Of a stretch of 37,164 nt of DNA, positions 8,598-15,109 are shown in pieces. The DNA is taken from positions 1 through 37,164 of the forward strand of contig CANHHI010000001.1 of NCBI GenBank assembly GCA_947460225.1, in the 5' to 3' direction. How positions within the stretch are numbered: position 1 is the first letter of the stretch; every line of letters starts with the position of its first letter. The notes beneath the pieces were generated by a model. That model saw only the letters and a program-made list of their open reading frames with translations, made no database searches and was not told the DNA's origin. Position numbers and translations under genes: made by a program. Source of the stretch: Flavobacteriales bacterium. Lineage in GTDB: Bacteria > Bacteroidota > Bacteroidia > Flavobacteriales_D > CANHHI01.

Positions 8598-10597
8598 CCC
8601 AGCCTCTTTTCCAACCTCGCAATTTCATCTCGCAAAGTGGCTGCACGCATAAATTCGTGTTCTTCGGCGGCTTTTTTCATGGCTTTTTTCAGTTCCGCAA
8701 TGGCTTTTTCCAAATCCTTGCCTTGGAGCGCATCAAGCACTGGATCTATGTACAAGTCTTGTTTTTGGCTTGTGGCACGCCTTGCATCTGCTTTGTTTTG
8801 CTGGTTTTGCGTAATCAAAAGCTGTGCAGGTTTTATAATCGGTTGAGGCACAAGTCCTCTTTCTGCATTGTAAGCGGCTTGTTTTTTGCGCCTGCGATCG
8901 GTTTCATCAATAGCCCTTTGCATGGAATCGGTTGTTCTATCGGCGTACAAAATAGCCATGCCGTGGACATGCCTCGCCGCCCTGCCAATGGTTTGTATGA
9001 GCGAACGGGTGTTGCGCAAAAAGCCCTCCTTATCCGCATCTAAAATCACCACAAGGCTAACCTCTGGCAAATCCAAGCCTTCCCTAAGCAAATTCACCCC
9101 AATCAGCACGTCCAAAATGCCGTCTCGTAGGCGTTGCAGAATTTCCACACGCTCCAAGGTATCTACTTCGGAGTGTATGTACTGGCATTTAATACCTGCT
9201 TGGTCTAAGTATTTGGCAAGTTCTTCTGCCATGCGTTTGGTCAGCGTAGTTACGAGCGTGCGCTCCTGCAAAGCAATGCGCTTGTGGATTTCCTGCAAGA
9301 GGTCATCAATTTGGTTTAAAGTTGGGCGAACCTCTAAAATAGGGTCTAAAAGTCCCGTTGGGCGAATCACTTGGTCCACAAAAGCCCCCTCCGATTGTTG
9401 CATTTCATAATCGGCAGGCGTTGCGCTCACAAAAATGCTCTGCGGGCAAATTTCTTCAAATTCCTCAAAACGCAAAGGGCGATTGTCCAATGCAGCAGGC
9501 AAACGGAAACCATATTCCACCAAATTTTGTTTGCGGGAGCGGTCTCCGCCATACATGGCACGAATTTGTGGCACGGTTACATGGCTTTCGTCTATCACCA
9601 TTAAAAAATCTTTGGGGAAATAATCCAAGAGGCAATACGGACGAACGCCCGGTGCACGCCTATCAAAATAGCGAGAATAATTTTCTATGCCGCTGCAATA
9701 ACCAAGTTCTTTAATCATTTCCAAATCGTAATTGACCCTTTCGGCAAGGCGTTTGGCTTCTTCCTTTTTTTTATTTTGATTAAAAAATTCAACCTGCGCA
9801 AACATATCCTGCTGGATTTCCAAAATAATTTGCCCCAAAGTGTCTCTATTGGTGACAAATAAATTGGCGGGATAAATGGTGCAATGGCTCAAATCTTCCA
9901 TACTATGCCCCGTTTTGGGGTCTATGGTGGTGATGCTTTCTACCTCATCGCCCCAAAAAGCAATGCGCAAAGCAAAATCAGCATAAGCCAAAAACACATC
10001 AACCGTATCGCCTTTCACCCGAAAATTGCCCCGCACAAAATCGCCTTCCGTACGGCTATACAAACCCGTTACCAAATCCAAAAGCAATTTTTGACGGCTT
10101 ATTTTTTGATTTCTTTGCAAATGCACCGCCCCTTGCCCATAAGATTCGGGATTGCCCATACCATAAATGCAAGACACCGAAGACACCACCAGCACATCTT
10201 TTCTGCCACACAGCAAAGCAGACGTTGTGGAAAGGCGCAGTTTTTCTATTTCCGCATTGATGGCTAAATCTTTTTCTATGTAGGTATTGGTGGTGGGAAT
10301 ATAGGCTTCGGGCTGGTAATAATCATAATAAGACACAAAGTATTCCACCAAATTATTGGGGAAAAAACTTTTAAACTCATTGTACAATTGCGCCGCCAAG
10401 GTTTTATTGTGCGCCAGCACCAATGCAGGACGATTGCATTGGGCAATCACGTTGGCAATGGTAAAAGTCTTGCCCGTACCCGTAGCACCCAAAAGCACTT
10501 GGTGTTTATCGCCTCGTTGCAGACCCTCCACCAATTCTTTGATGGCTTGGGGCTGATCGCCAGTAGGCGTAAAAGGATGTTCTAAACAAAAAGACAT
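8594..10597 (-). CDS. uvrB: Excinuclease ABC subunit B
   Basis: MSFCLEHPFTPTGDQPQAIKELVEGL, Walker A GATGTGKTF, DESH box (VIDESHVT), helicase motifs and the C-terminal UVR motif (EFMRAATLRDEIARLE). True start taken at ATG 10597. The 68 upstream codons in the track ORF are a translated repeat element. Confidence 0.95.
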   Translation of the reverse strand: MSFCLEHPFTPTGDQPQAIKELVEGLQRGDKHQVLLGATGTGKTFTIANVIAQCNRPALVLAHNKTLAAQLYNEFKSFFPNNLVEYFVSYYDYYQPEAYIPTTNTYIEKDLAINAEIEKLRLSTTSALLCGRKDVLVVSSVSCIYGMGNPESYGQGAVHLQRNQKISRQKLLLDLVTGLYSRTEGDFVRGNFRVKGDTVDVFLAYADFALRIAFWGDEVESITTIDPKTGHSMEDLSHCTIYPANLFVTNRDTLGQIILEIQQDMFAQVEFFNQNKKKEEAKRLAERVNYDLEMIKELGYCSGIENYSRYFDRRAPGVRPYCLLDYFPKDFLMVIDESHVTVPQIRAMYGGDRSRKQNLVEYGFRLPAALDNRPLRFEEFEEICPQSIFVSATPADYEMQQSEGAFVDQVIRPTGLLDPILEVRPTLNQIDDLLQEIHKRIALQERTLVTTLTKRMAEELAKYLDQAGIKCQYIHSEVDTLERVEILQRLRDGILDVLIGVNLLREGLDLPEVSLVVILDADKEGFLRNTRSLIQTIGRAARHVHGMAILYADRTTDSMQRAIDETDRRRKKQAAYNAERGLVPQPIIKPAQLLITQNQQNKADARRATSQKQDLYIDPVLDALQGKDLEKAIAELKKAMKKAAEEHEFMRAATLRDEIARLEKRLG

Positions 10598-10606
10598 AAG
10601 AATATG

Positions 10607-10614
10607 CAAATATA
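10607..10614 (-). promoter_or_regulatory. -7 box (TATATTTG) for uvrB; implies a very short 5' leader
   Basis: Exact TAnnTTTG on the reverse strand, 9 nt upstream of ATG 10597. No TTTG at the expected -33 position, which abuts the repeat element starting at 10638. Confidence 0.45.
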
Positions 10615-10693
10615 ATAAAAAGCACGGCATCAGAGATGCGGACACAGTCCGTTTTAATCTGCACCTGCGGTGCAGGCGATGCACAGGCAAAAT

Positions 10694-10715
10694 GTAGGGG
10701 CGTATGGCATACGCC
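10694..10715 (+). repeat. REP-like unit: GTAG head plus 8-bp palindrome (gtaggggcgtatggcatacgcc)
   Basis: ggcgtatg / catacgcc are perfect complements and are preceded by GTAG. Confidence 0.6.
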
Positions 10716-10745
10716 AAGAATGCACATGGATTACAATATCTGGTT

Positions 10746-10768
10746 GGGAACGGTTTATAACCGTTCCC
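10746..10768 (+). repeat. 10-bp perfect hairpin gggaacggtt-tat-aaccgttccc (paralog at 33824..33846)
   Basis: Perfect inverted repeat seen directly. Its reverse translation gives the GNGYKPFPT string in the spurious uvrB extension. Confidence 0.65.
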
Positions 10769-10989
10769 AAAAAACGCATACCCGTACTCCATAAAACCCA
10801 TAAAACAATTTAGGAGCTATTGTTTGTTTATAACCATTCAAAAAACGCCTGCGCCGTAGGTGCAGATTAAAATGGACTAGGTCTGCAAAAATATTTTCAT
10901 TTTGGGTATGGTTAATTGGGAAAATTTGTTTATTTTAGACCCATAACCGCAAAATAATAACTAAATAACCTTTTAAAATTCTCAATTTC

Positions 10990-12093
10990 ATGAAAAAAAC
11001 ACTATTTACCTTACTCTCTTTGGGTGCTTTGCAGGCGCAACCCCCCACCTTAAAAACCAGTGCTGATTTTTTTCTTGTTAGAGAGCAACAACGAGAAAAA
11101 CTAGACACCACTTATTTGTATCCTTCTTCTTATTGGACTTCAATAGATTCTACAGTTTTTGTGGTTTCAAATCTAGCGAAAACGGATAAAGGCAAGTTTT
11201 GGTTTATCAATGCCGAGCGCACAGATTCGCTGGTATGGCAATACAAGCCCCAAACCATTCATTTTGCCATAGAAACCGCAGAGGGAAAACTCAATATGTT
11301 GATGCAATTTCAAGCGGACGATGCCATAAAAGTGCATTATGGCAAGACGAAAGAAAACATACCTTTTGCATGGGCGAAAGAAAACGACCCTTATTTGCTG
11401 GATTTGCGGGCGCAGTATCCCTTAGATTCTTTGGTGTCGGGCAGTACCGATGATTTTCAAAAAGCCTTGAAACTGCTTACTTGGGTGACGAGTCTTTGGA
11501 AACACGATGGCATGAATGAACCCAAAGAAGCACACGCCAAGTATATTTTAGCGCAAGTGGCACAAGGGGAGCGTTTTCGCTGTGTGGAATATGGCACGGT
11601 TTTGCATGCGGTTTTGACCGCAGTAGGTTTGCCCGCAAGGCAAATTGGCTTAAAAAGGAAAGATACCGATAAAATCAGCATGGGTGCGGGGCACGTAGCC
11701 ACGGAAGTATATTTGCCCAGTTTGAAAAAATGGGTATTTTTAGACCCGCAATTTGGCACGTATTTGAGTTATCAAGGAAAACTTTTGAGTGCGGCAGAGG
11801 CGGCGGAGCAATTTACCAAAAATGCCAAAGATATTGCAGTAGGCGGAAATTTGAGTTCGGAAGACCAGCAAAATTACAAAACATGGATTAGACCTTATTT
11901 GTATTATTTGGATTTTTCGGTGGATTTTAGCCCTAGAAATGGAAAAGACCAAAACAGACAGAAATTTGGAGAATTTTCCCAAGTGATGCTGATGCCTTTG
12001 GGCGCAAAGCCTTTAAGGGTATTTCAAAGAAAATATCCCATTAAAAACATGTATTATACCCACAATTTATCTGCGGTGTACCCACAGCTTTAA
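10990..12093 (+). CDS. Secreted transglutaminase-like (papain-fold) domain protein
   Basis: Signal peptide MKKTLFTLLSLGALQAQ. Candidate Cys-His-Asp triad in ERFRCVEYGTVL ... GAGHVATEVYL ... WVFLDPQFG, as in the transglutaminase-like superfamily. Confidence 0.7.
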   Translation: MKKTLFTLLSLGALQAQPPTLKTSADFFLVREQQREKLDTTYLYPSSYWTSIDSTVFVVSNLAKTDKGKFWFINAERTDSLVWQYKPQTIHFAIETAEGKLNMLMQFQADDAIKVHYGKTKENIPFAWAKENDPYLLDLRAQYPLDSLVSGSTDDFQKALKLLTWVTSLWKHDGMNEPKEAHAKYILAQVAQGERFRCVEYGTVLHAVLTAVGLPARQIGLKRKDTDKISMGAGHVATEVYLPSLKKWVFLDPQFGTYLSYQGKLLSAAEAAEQFTKNAKDIAVGGNLSSEDQQNYKTWIRPYLYYLDFSVDFSPRNGKDQNRQKFGEFSQVMLMPLGAKPLRVFQRKYPIKNMYYTHNLSAVYPQL

Positions 12094-12224
12094 CACTTAA
12101 TTTTATGCAACACACTTTGTCAAAATATTTGCTTTTTCAAGCAGTAGAGGAGCATACTTTGCTTTTTTCTAGCCGAGTAGGCAAGATAATTCAACAATTA
12201 CATCGCCAAAACGTGCAGGATTTG

Positions 12225-12275
12225 CCTGCCCTGCGAAGCAGATTAAACAGGCTATGCCTGCGGACAATGTCCGTA
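12225..12275. repeat. Degenerate or solo copy of the TIR/hairpin repeat family
   Basis: gcctgccctgcgaagcagattaaacaggctatgcctgcggacaatgtccgt shares gcctgc..gcagattaaa with the 10846..10886 end. It shares caggctatgcctg with 34473..34485 and gcggacaNNgtccgt with 10638..10652. Confidence 0.45.
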
Positions 12276-12284
12276 GTTTTTGCG

Positions 12285-12292
12285 TAACTTTG
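12285..12292 (+). promoter_or_regulatory. -7 box (TAACTTTG) only 4 nt upstream of the nadE ATG
   Basis: Exact TAnnTTTG match. Implies a leaderless or near-leaderless nadE mRNA. Confidence 0.4.
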
Positions 12293-12296
12293 TGGC

Positions 12297-13076
12297 ATGA
12301 AATATCAAGCAATAGCTGATTATATTCAAAATTGGCTCCATGATTATAAACAAAATGCCCATTGCAAGGGCTTTGTGGTTGGCGTGTCTGGTGGCGTGGA
12401 CTCTGCTTTGGTTTCTACGCTTTGCGCAAGAACGGAATTGCCAACCCTTTTGGTGAGCCTGCCCATACACCAAAATAGCCAAGAGCATAACAGGGCGATA
12501 AGCCATGTGAATTGGCTAAAAGAGAAACACCCTTGCGTGGAAAGTTTGAATATTGACTTAACAGAAAGTTTTGAAAGTTTGAAAAATAGTTTGCCTCAAA
12601 CTGCGCAAGACCATGCTTTAAGCATGGCAAACACACGAGCACGCCTGCGCATGACTACGCTTTACGCTTTGGCAGGTAGCCGAAATCTTTTGGTGGTGGG
12701 CACGGGCAATAAAGTAGAAGATTTTGGCATCGGCTTTTTTACCAAATATGGCGATGGCGGGGTGGATATAAGTCCTATTGCAGATTTGTATAAAAGCGAG
12801 GTGCGCAAACTAGCGCATTACTTGGGCGTGCACCAAGACCTTGCCAATGCGGTGTCCATAGACGGATTATTTGCCAACTCCCCCAGCGATGAAATGCAAA
12901 TTGGCGCAAGTTATGACGAACTAGAATGGGCTATGGCTTATGAAAAAACACAAAGCCAACAAGTTTTGTCCGAAAGAGAAAAAATAGTATTGAATATTTA
13001 CAATACCCGAAACAAAGCAAACAAACACAAAATAGAGCCCATTCCTGTCTGTATAATTCCCAGAGAATTATTATAA
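12297..13076 (+). CDS. nadE: NH3-dependent NAD+ synthetase
   Basis: PP-loop GFVVGVSGGVDSALV, GTGNKVEDFGIGFFTKYGDGGVDISPIADLYKSEV, about 260 aa. Confidence 0.9.
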   Translation: MKYQAIADYIQNWLHDYKQNAHCKGFVVGVSGGVDSALVSTLCARTELPTLLVSLPIHQNSQEHNRAISHVNWLKEKHPCVESLNIDLTESFESLKNSLPQTAQDHALSMANTRARLRMTTLYALAGSRNLLVVGTGNKVEDFGIGFFTKYGDGGVDISPIADLYKSEVRKLAHYLGVHQDLANAVSIDGLFANSPSDEMQIGASYDELEWAMAYEKTQSQQVLSEREKIVLNIYNTRNKANKHKIEPIPVCIIPRELL

Positions 13077-13292
13077 AAATTCCACCTCTGGCTTATCCAC
13101 AACGTGTATAAATGCAAAATAATAGGCGTAGGTTTTTTTATCTGCATACAAAGCCTGCAATGCTTCGGTATCAGCAAGTTCTTGCGAACTGAACAAAACT
13201 TCTCGGTACATTTCCTTAATGACCTGATTTTCCTGTTCATTTTTACCCAAAGAAATCAAATAATCTTTGGTGGGCAACGCTTTTTCTATCAT
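13071..13292 (-). CDS. Small hypothetical protein (73 aa), start overlapping the hlyIII stop (ATGA)
   Basis: MIEKALPTKDYLISLGKNEQENQVIKEMYREV... The ATG 13292..13290 overlaps the TGA 13291..13289 of the upstream gene. No recognisable family. The track ORF extension (13293..13355) lies inside hlyIII. Confidence 0.45.
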   Translation of the reverse strand: MIEKALPTKDYLISLGKNEQENQVIKEMYREVLFSSQELADTEALQALYADKKTYAYYFAFIHVVDKPEVEFL

Positions 13293-13945
13293 AACAAATA
13301 AAAAGCAATGGATAAATAGTGAAACAAAGCCCCCCCTATCACAAAAAGATGCCAAACCGTATGAGCATATTTAAACTTAGCAAAAGCATAAATCAGCGCA
13401 CCAACCGTATAAGAAGCACCACCCAGCATCAAATAAAGCCAGCCATTGCGTGGCAATTCTTCTATTAAATCCGGCATGATGTACAAAGATGCCCAGCCCA
13501 TGGCAATAAACAAAAAAGTCATCAAAATTTTATACTTACCCGACCAAACCGTTTTGATGATAATCCCCGTTACTGAAACCGCTGCAAGAATAGCAAAAGT
13601 AGCGTATGCTTGGTTGGTTTTGAGGGCAGAAAAAATATACGGTACATACGTGCCAAGTATAAAAATAAATATCGCTGAATGGTCTAAACGCTTGAAAACA
13701 TCTCTGGTTGTAATGTGAATAATGGCATGGTACAAAGTACTCATCAAAAACATAAAAATCATGCTACTGCCAAACACAGCAAAAGCAATCACATCTCCCG
13801 TTGTGCCCTTTAAGGTTGCCACATGAATCAAATAGATAAGTCCTGCATAAGCAAGCAAAGTAGAAATGCCATGCGTAATGGCGTTAGCGATGTCTTCCGC
13901 TGTGGAATACGGAAATAGCTTTGCGAATTCGTCTTTATTTTTCAT
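13289..13945 (-). CDS. Hemolysin III / PAQR family membrane protein
   Basis: Seven hydrophobic segments. Motifs EDIANAITHG, LMSTLYH and HTVWHLFVIGGALFHY are typical of the HlyIII/YplQ family. First ATG at 13945 (the track start at 13960 is a TTG). A TATATTTG -7 box lies at 13965..13958. Confidence 0.85.
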   Translation of the reverse strand: MKNKDEFAKLFPYSTAEDIANAITHGISTLLAYAGLIYLIHVATLKGTTGDVIAFAVFGSSMIFMFLMSTLYHAIIHITTRDVFKRLDHSAIFIFILGTYVPYIFSALKTNQAYATFAILAAVSVTGIIIKTVWSGKYKILMTFLFIAMGWASLYIMPDLIEELPRNGWLYLMLGGASYTVGALIYAFAKFKYAHTVWHLFVIGGALFHYLSIAFYLL

Positions 13946-13988
13946 GCCTTTTTTAGGCAAATATAATTAAATTCAACTTGAAAAAGCA

Positions 13989-14426
13989 TCAAAATAAATT
14001 TATTTTTTTCACACGTGCTTCGTGCCTGCCCCCCTCAAAATCGGTGTGCAAAAAAGCCTGCAAAATTTCTTTGGCTTTTTCTAAACTGACAAAACGAGCG
14101 GGCAAAACCAAGACATTGGCGTTGTTATGCAAGCGTGCCAAACGTGCGATTTCAACCTCCCAACAAAGCGCAGCACGGATATGCGCATGTTTATTGGCTG
14201 TCATGGCAATGCCATTGCCACTCCCACAAATCAGCACACCCAAATAATATGGGTTTTTCAAAAGCATTGCCGATAAAGCATGGGCATAATTTGGATAATC
14301 TGTGCTATCCAAAGAGTAAGTACCTACGTCTAAACAGGTGTAGCCCTGCACGAGAAAGTCTTTTTGAAGGTCATTTTTAAGTTCATACCCAGCGTGGTCG
14401 CTTCCGAAAACGATGTTTTTTTGCAT
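13989..14426 (-). CDS. rpiB: Ribose-5-phosphate isomerase B
   Basis: 145 aa with FGSDHAGYELK, GVLICGSGNGIAMTANK and NANVLVLPARF, the RpiB/LacAB signature. Confidence 0.92.
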   Translation of the reverse strand: MQKNIVFGSDHAGYELKNDLQKDFLVQGYTCLDVGTYSLDSTDYPNYAHALSAMLLKNPYYLGVLICGSGNGIAMTANKHAHIRAALCWEVEIARLARLHNNANVLVLPARFVSLEKAKEILQAFLHTDFEGGRHEARVKKINLF

Positions 14427-14450
14427 ATTGACTGTTTTTTTTTATCTTTG
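14420..14450 (+). promoter_or_regulatory. Consensus promoter for the GNAT and two-component gene block
   Basis: TTTG(14420..14423)-N19-TATCTTTG(14443..14450), 40 nt upstream of ATG 14490. The spacer contains a T9 run (14435..14443). It lies inside the 5' extension of track ORF 14364..15095, arguing for the 14490 start. Confidence 0.6.
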
Positions 14451-14489
14451 CCTAGTCTCAAACAAACGTTTGAGTTTTGCTATATTATC

Positions 14490-15095
14490 ATGCGCATTGC
14501 CAAAGTTACGGATAAAAATCTTGTTGTAGATCTTTTGGTGGAATCTTTTTTAAATAATCCCAATGTACAAACTTTGGTAAAAAACGATAAACACAAAGAA
14601 AGACGCATAAAACACCTCTCGTGTTATATTTTTGATTTGCATGTGCATCAAAATTGCATTTATTTAAGTTCAGATGAAAAAGGATTTGCCATTCTCACAC
14701 ACTCCAATGCACCAAAATTGCCCTTATGGAAAATAATTTGGCTACAATTTAGACTTGTATTTAGTGTAATTGGCTGGACTCGAGTTTGGTCTGTTTTTAG
14801 AAGAGACACCCGAACAAAAAAGCGCAGAGAAAAAGAAGCAGGCGGGAAACCGTATATTCACTTTTATGCCTTGGGCATTTCAAAAGCATCAAGAGGTTTG
14901 CAAGAGGAAAAAGAATCGGCTATTTTAGAGTTTAAACATTTGGCTTGGGAATTGTCAGAAGGAAAGAACATACCTTTGTTTGCAGAAACAACGGTTAGAA
15001 AAAATAAAATTGCTTATGAATGGCTGGGCTTTAAAGTATATCAACAATGGGAATTTCCTTCGGAAGGCTTTACCATGTGGCTACTCATGCGATAA
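14490..15095 (+). CDS. GNAT-family acetyltransferase-like protein
   Basis: 201 aa from MRIAKVTDKNLVVDLL. The C-terminal PLFAETTVRKNKIAYEWLGFKVY resembles the GNAT 'ETS..N...Y...GF' end motif. Assigned by pattern only. Confidence 0.55.
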   Translation: MRIAKVTDKNLVVDLLVESFLNNPNVQTLVKNDKHKERRIKHLSCYIFDLHVHQNCIYLSSDEKGFAILTHSNAPKLPLWKIIWLQFRLVFSVIGWTRVWSVFRRDTRTKKRREKEAGGKPYIHFYALGISKASRGLQEEKESAILEFKHLAWELSEGKNIPLFAETTVRKNKIAYEWLGFKVYQQWEFPSEGFTMWLLMR

Positions 15096-15109
15096 ATAGA
15101 TTTATCCAT

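Larger units (their letters stand above)
10638..10886. mobile_element. 249-bp MITE-like element with ~41-bp imperfect terminal inverted repeats, each containing a hairpin
   Basis: Left end gcggacacagtccgttttaatctgcacctgcggtgcaggcg (10638..10678). Reverse complement of the right end (10846..10886) is gcagacctagtccattttaatctgcacctacggcgcaggcg, matching at about 35 of 41 positions. No ORF inside. The first ~60 nt are ~88 percent identical to 33768..33828. Confidence 0.7.

Noticed and set aside
8637-10585. Numerous plus-strand ORFs (up to 174 aa) inside uvrB, and similar antisense ORFs inside obg (19840..20319), ffh (31326..32606), prc (6363..6889) and other long genes
   Set aside because: They are antisense or off-frame shadows within strongly supported conserved genes. 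Their compositions are Ser/Cys/Arg-rich and biased, with no motifs.
10651-10678. Repeat gttttaatctgcacctgcggtgcaggc looks superficially like a CRISPR direct repeat (GTTT start, internal hairpin)
   Set aside because: There are only about five copies in the window. They are in mixed orientation with irregular spacing (tens of bp to 20 kb), show no spacer periodicity, and no cas genes are present. The copies behave as inverted ends of miniature elements.
10598-10801. 68-codon N-terminal extension of the uvrB ORF in the track (MGFMEYGYAFFGNGYKPFPTRYCNPCAFLAYAIRPYILPVHRLHRRCRLKRTV...)
   Set aside because: It is a read-through of the MITE-like repeat and its palindromes. The same peptide strings recur in unrelated spurious ORFs at 33752..33996. 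UvrB homology begins at MSFCLEHPFTPTGDQP (ATG 10597), and a -7 promoter box lies inside the extension.
12151-12168. Possible terminator after the transglutaminase-like gene (agca-tactt-tgct followed by T6)
   Set aside because: The 4-bp AT/GC-mixed stem is too weak to call.
12105-12287. 60-aa ORF between the transglutaminase-like gene and nadE
   Set aside because: It sits at the minimum length and runs through the degenerate repeat and the nadE -7 box. It has no promoter match or recognisable motif.
14364-14489. Upstream extension of the GNAT ORF (track start 14364)
   Set aside because: The extension overlaps the rpiB coding start on the opposite strand and contains the consensus promoter 14420..14450. 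The ATG at 14490 lies 40 nt downstream of the -7 box.
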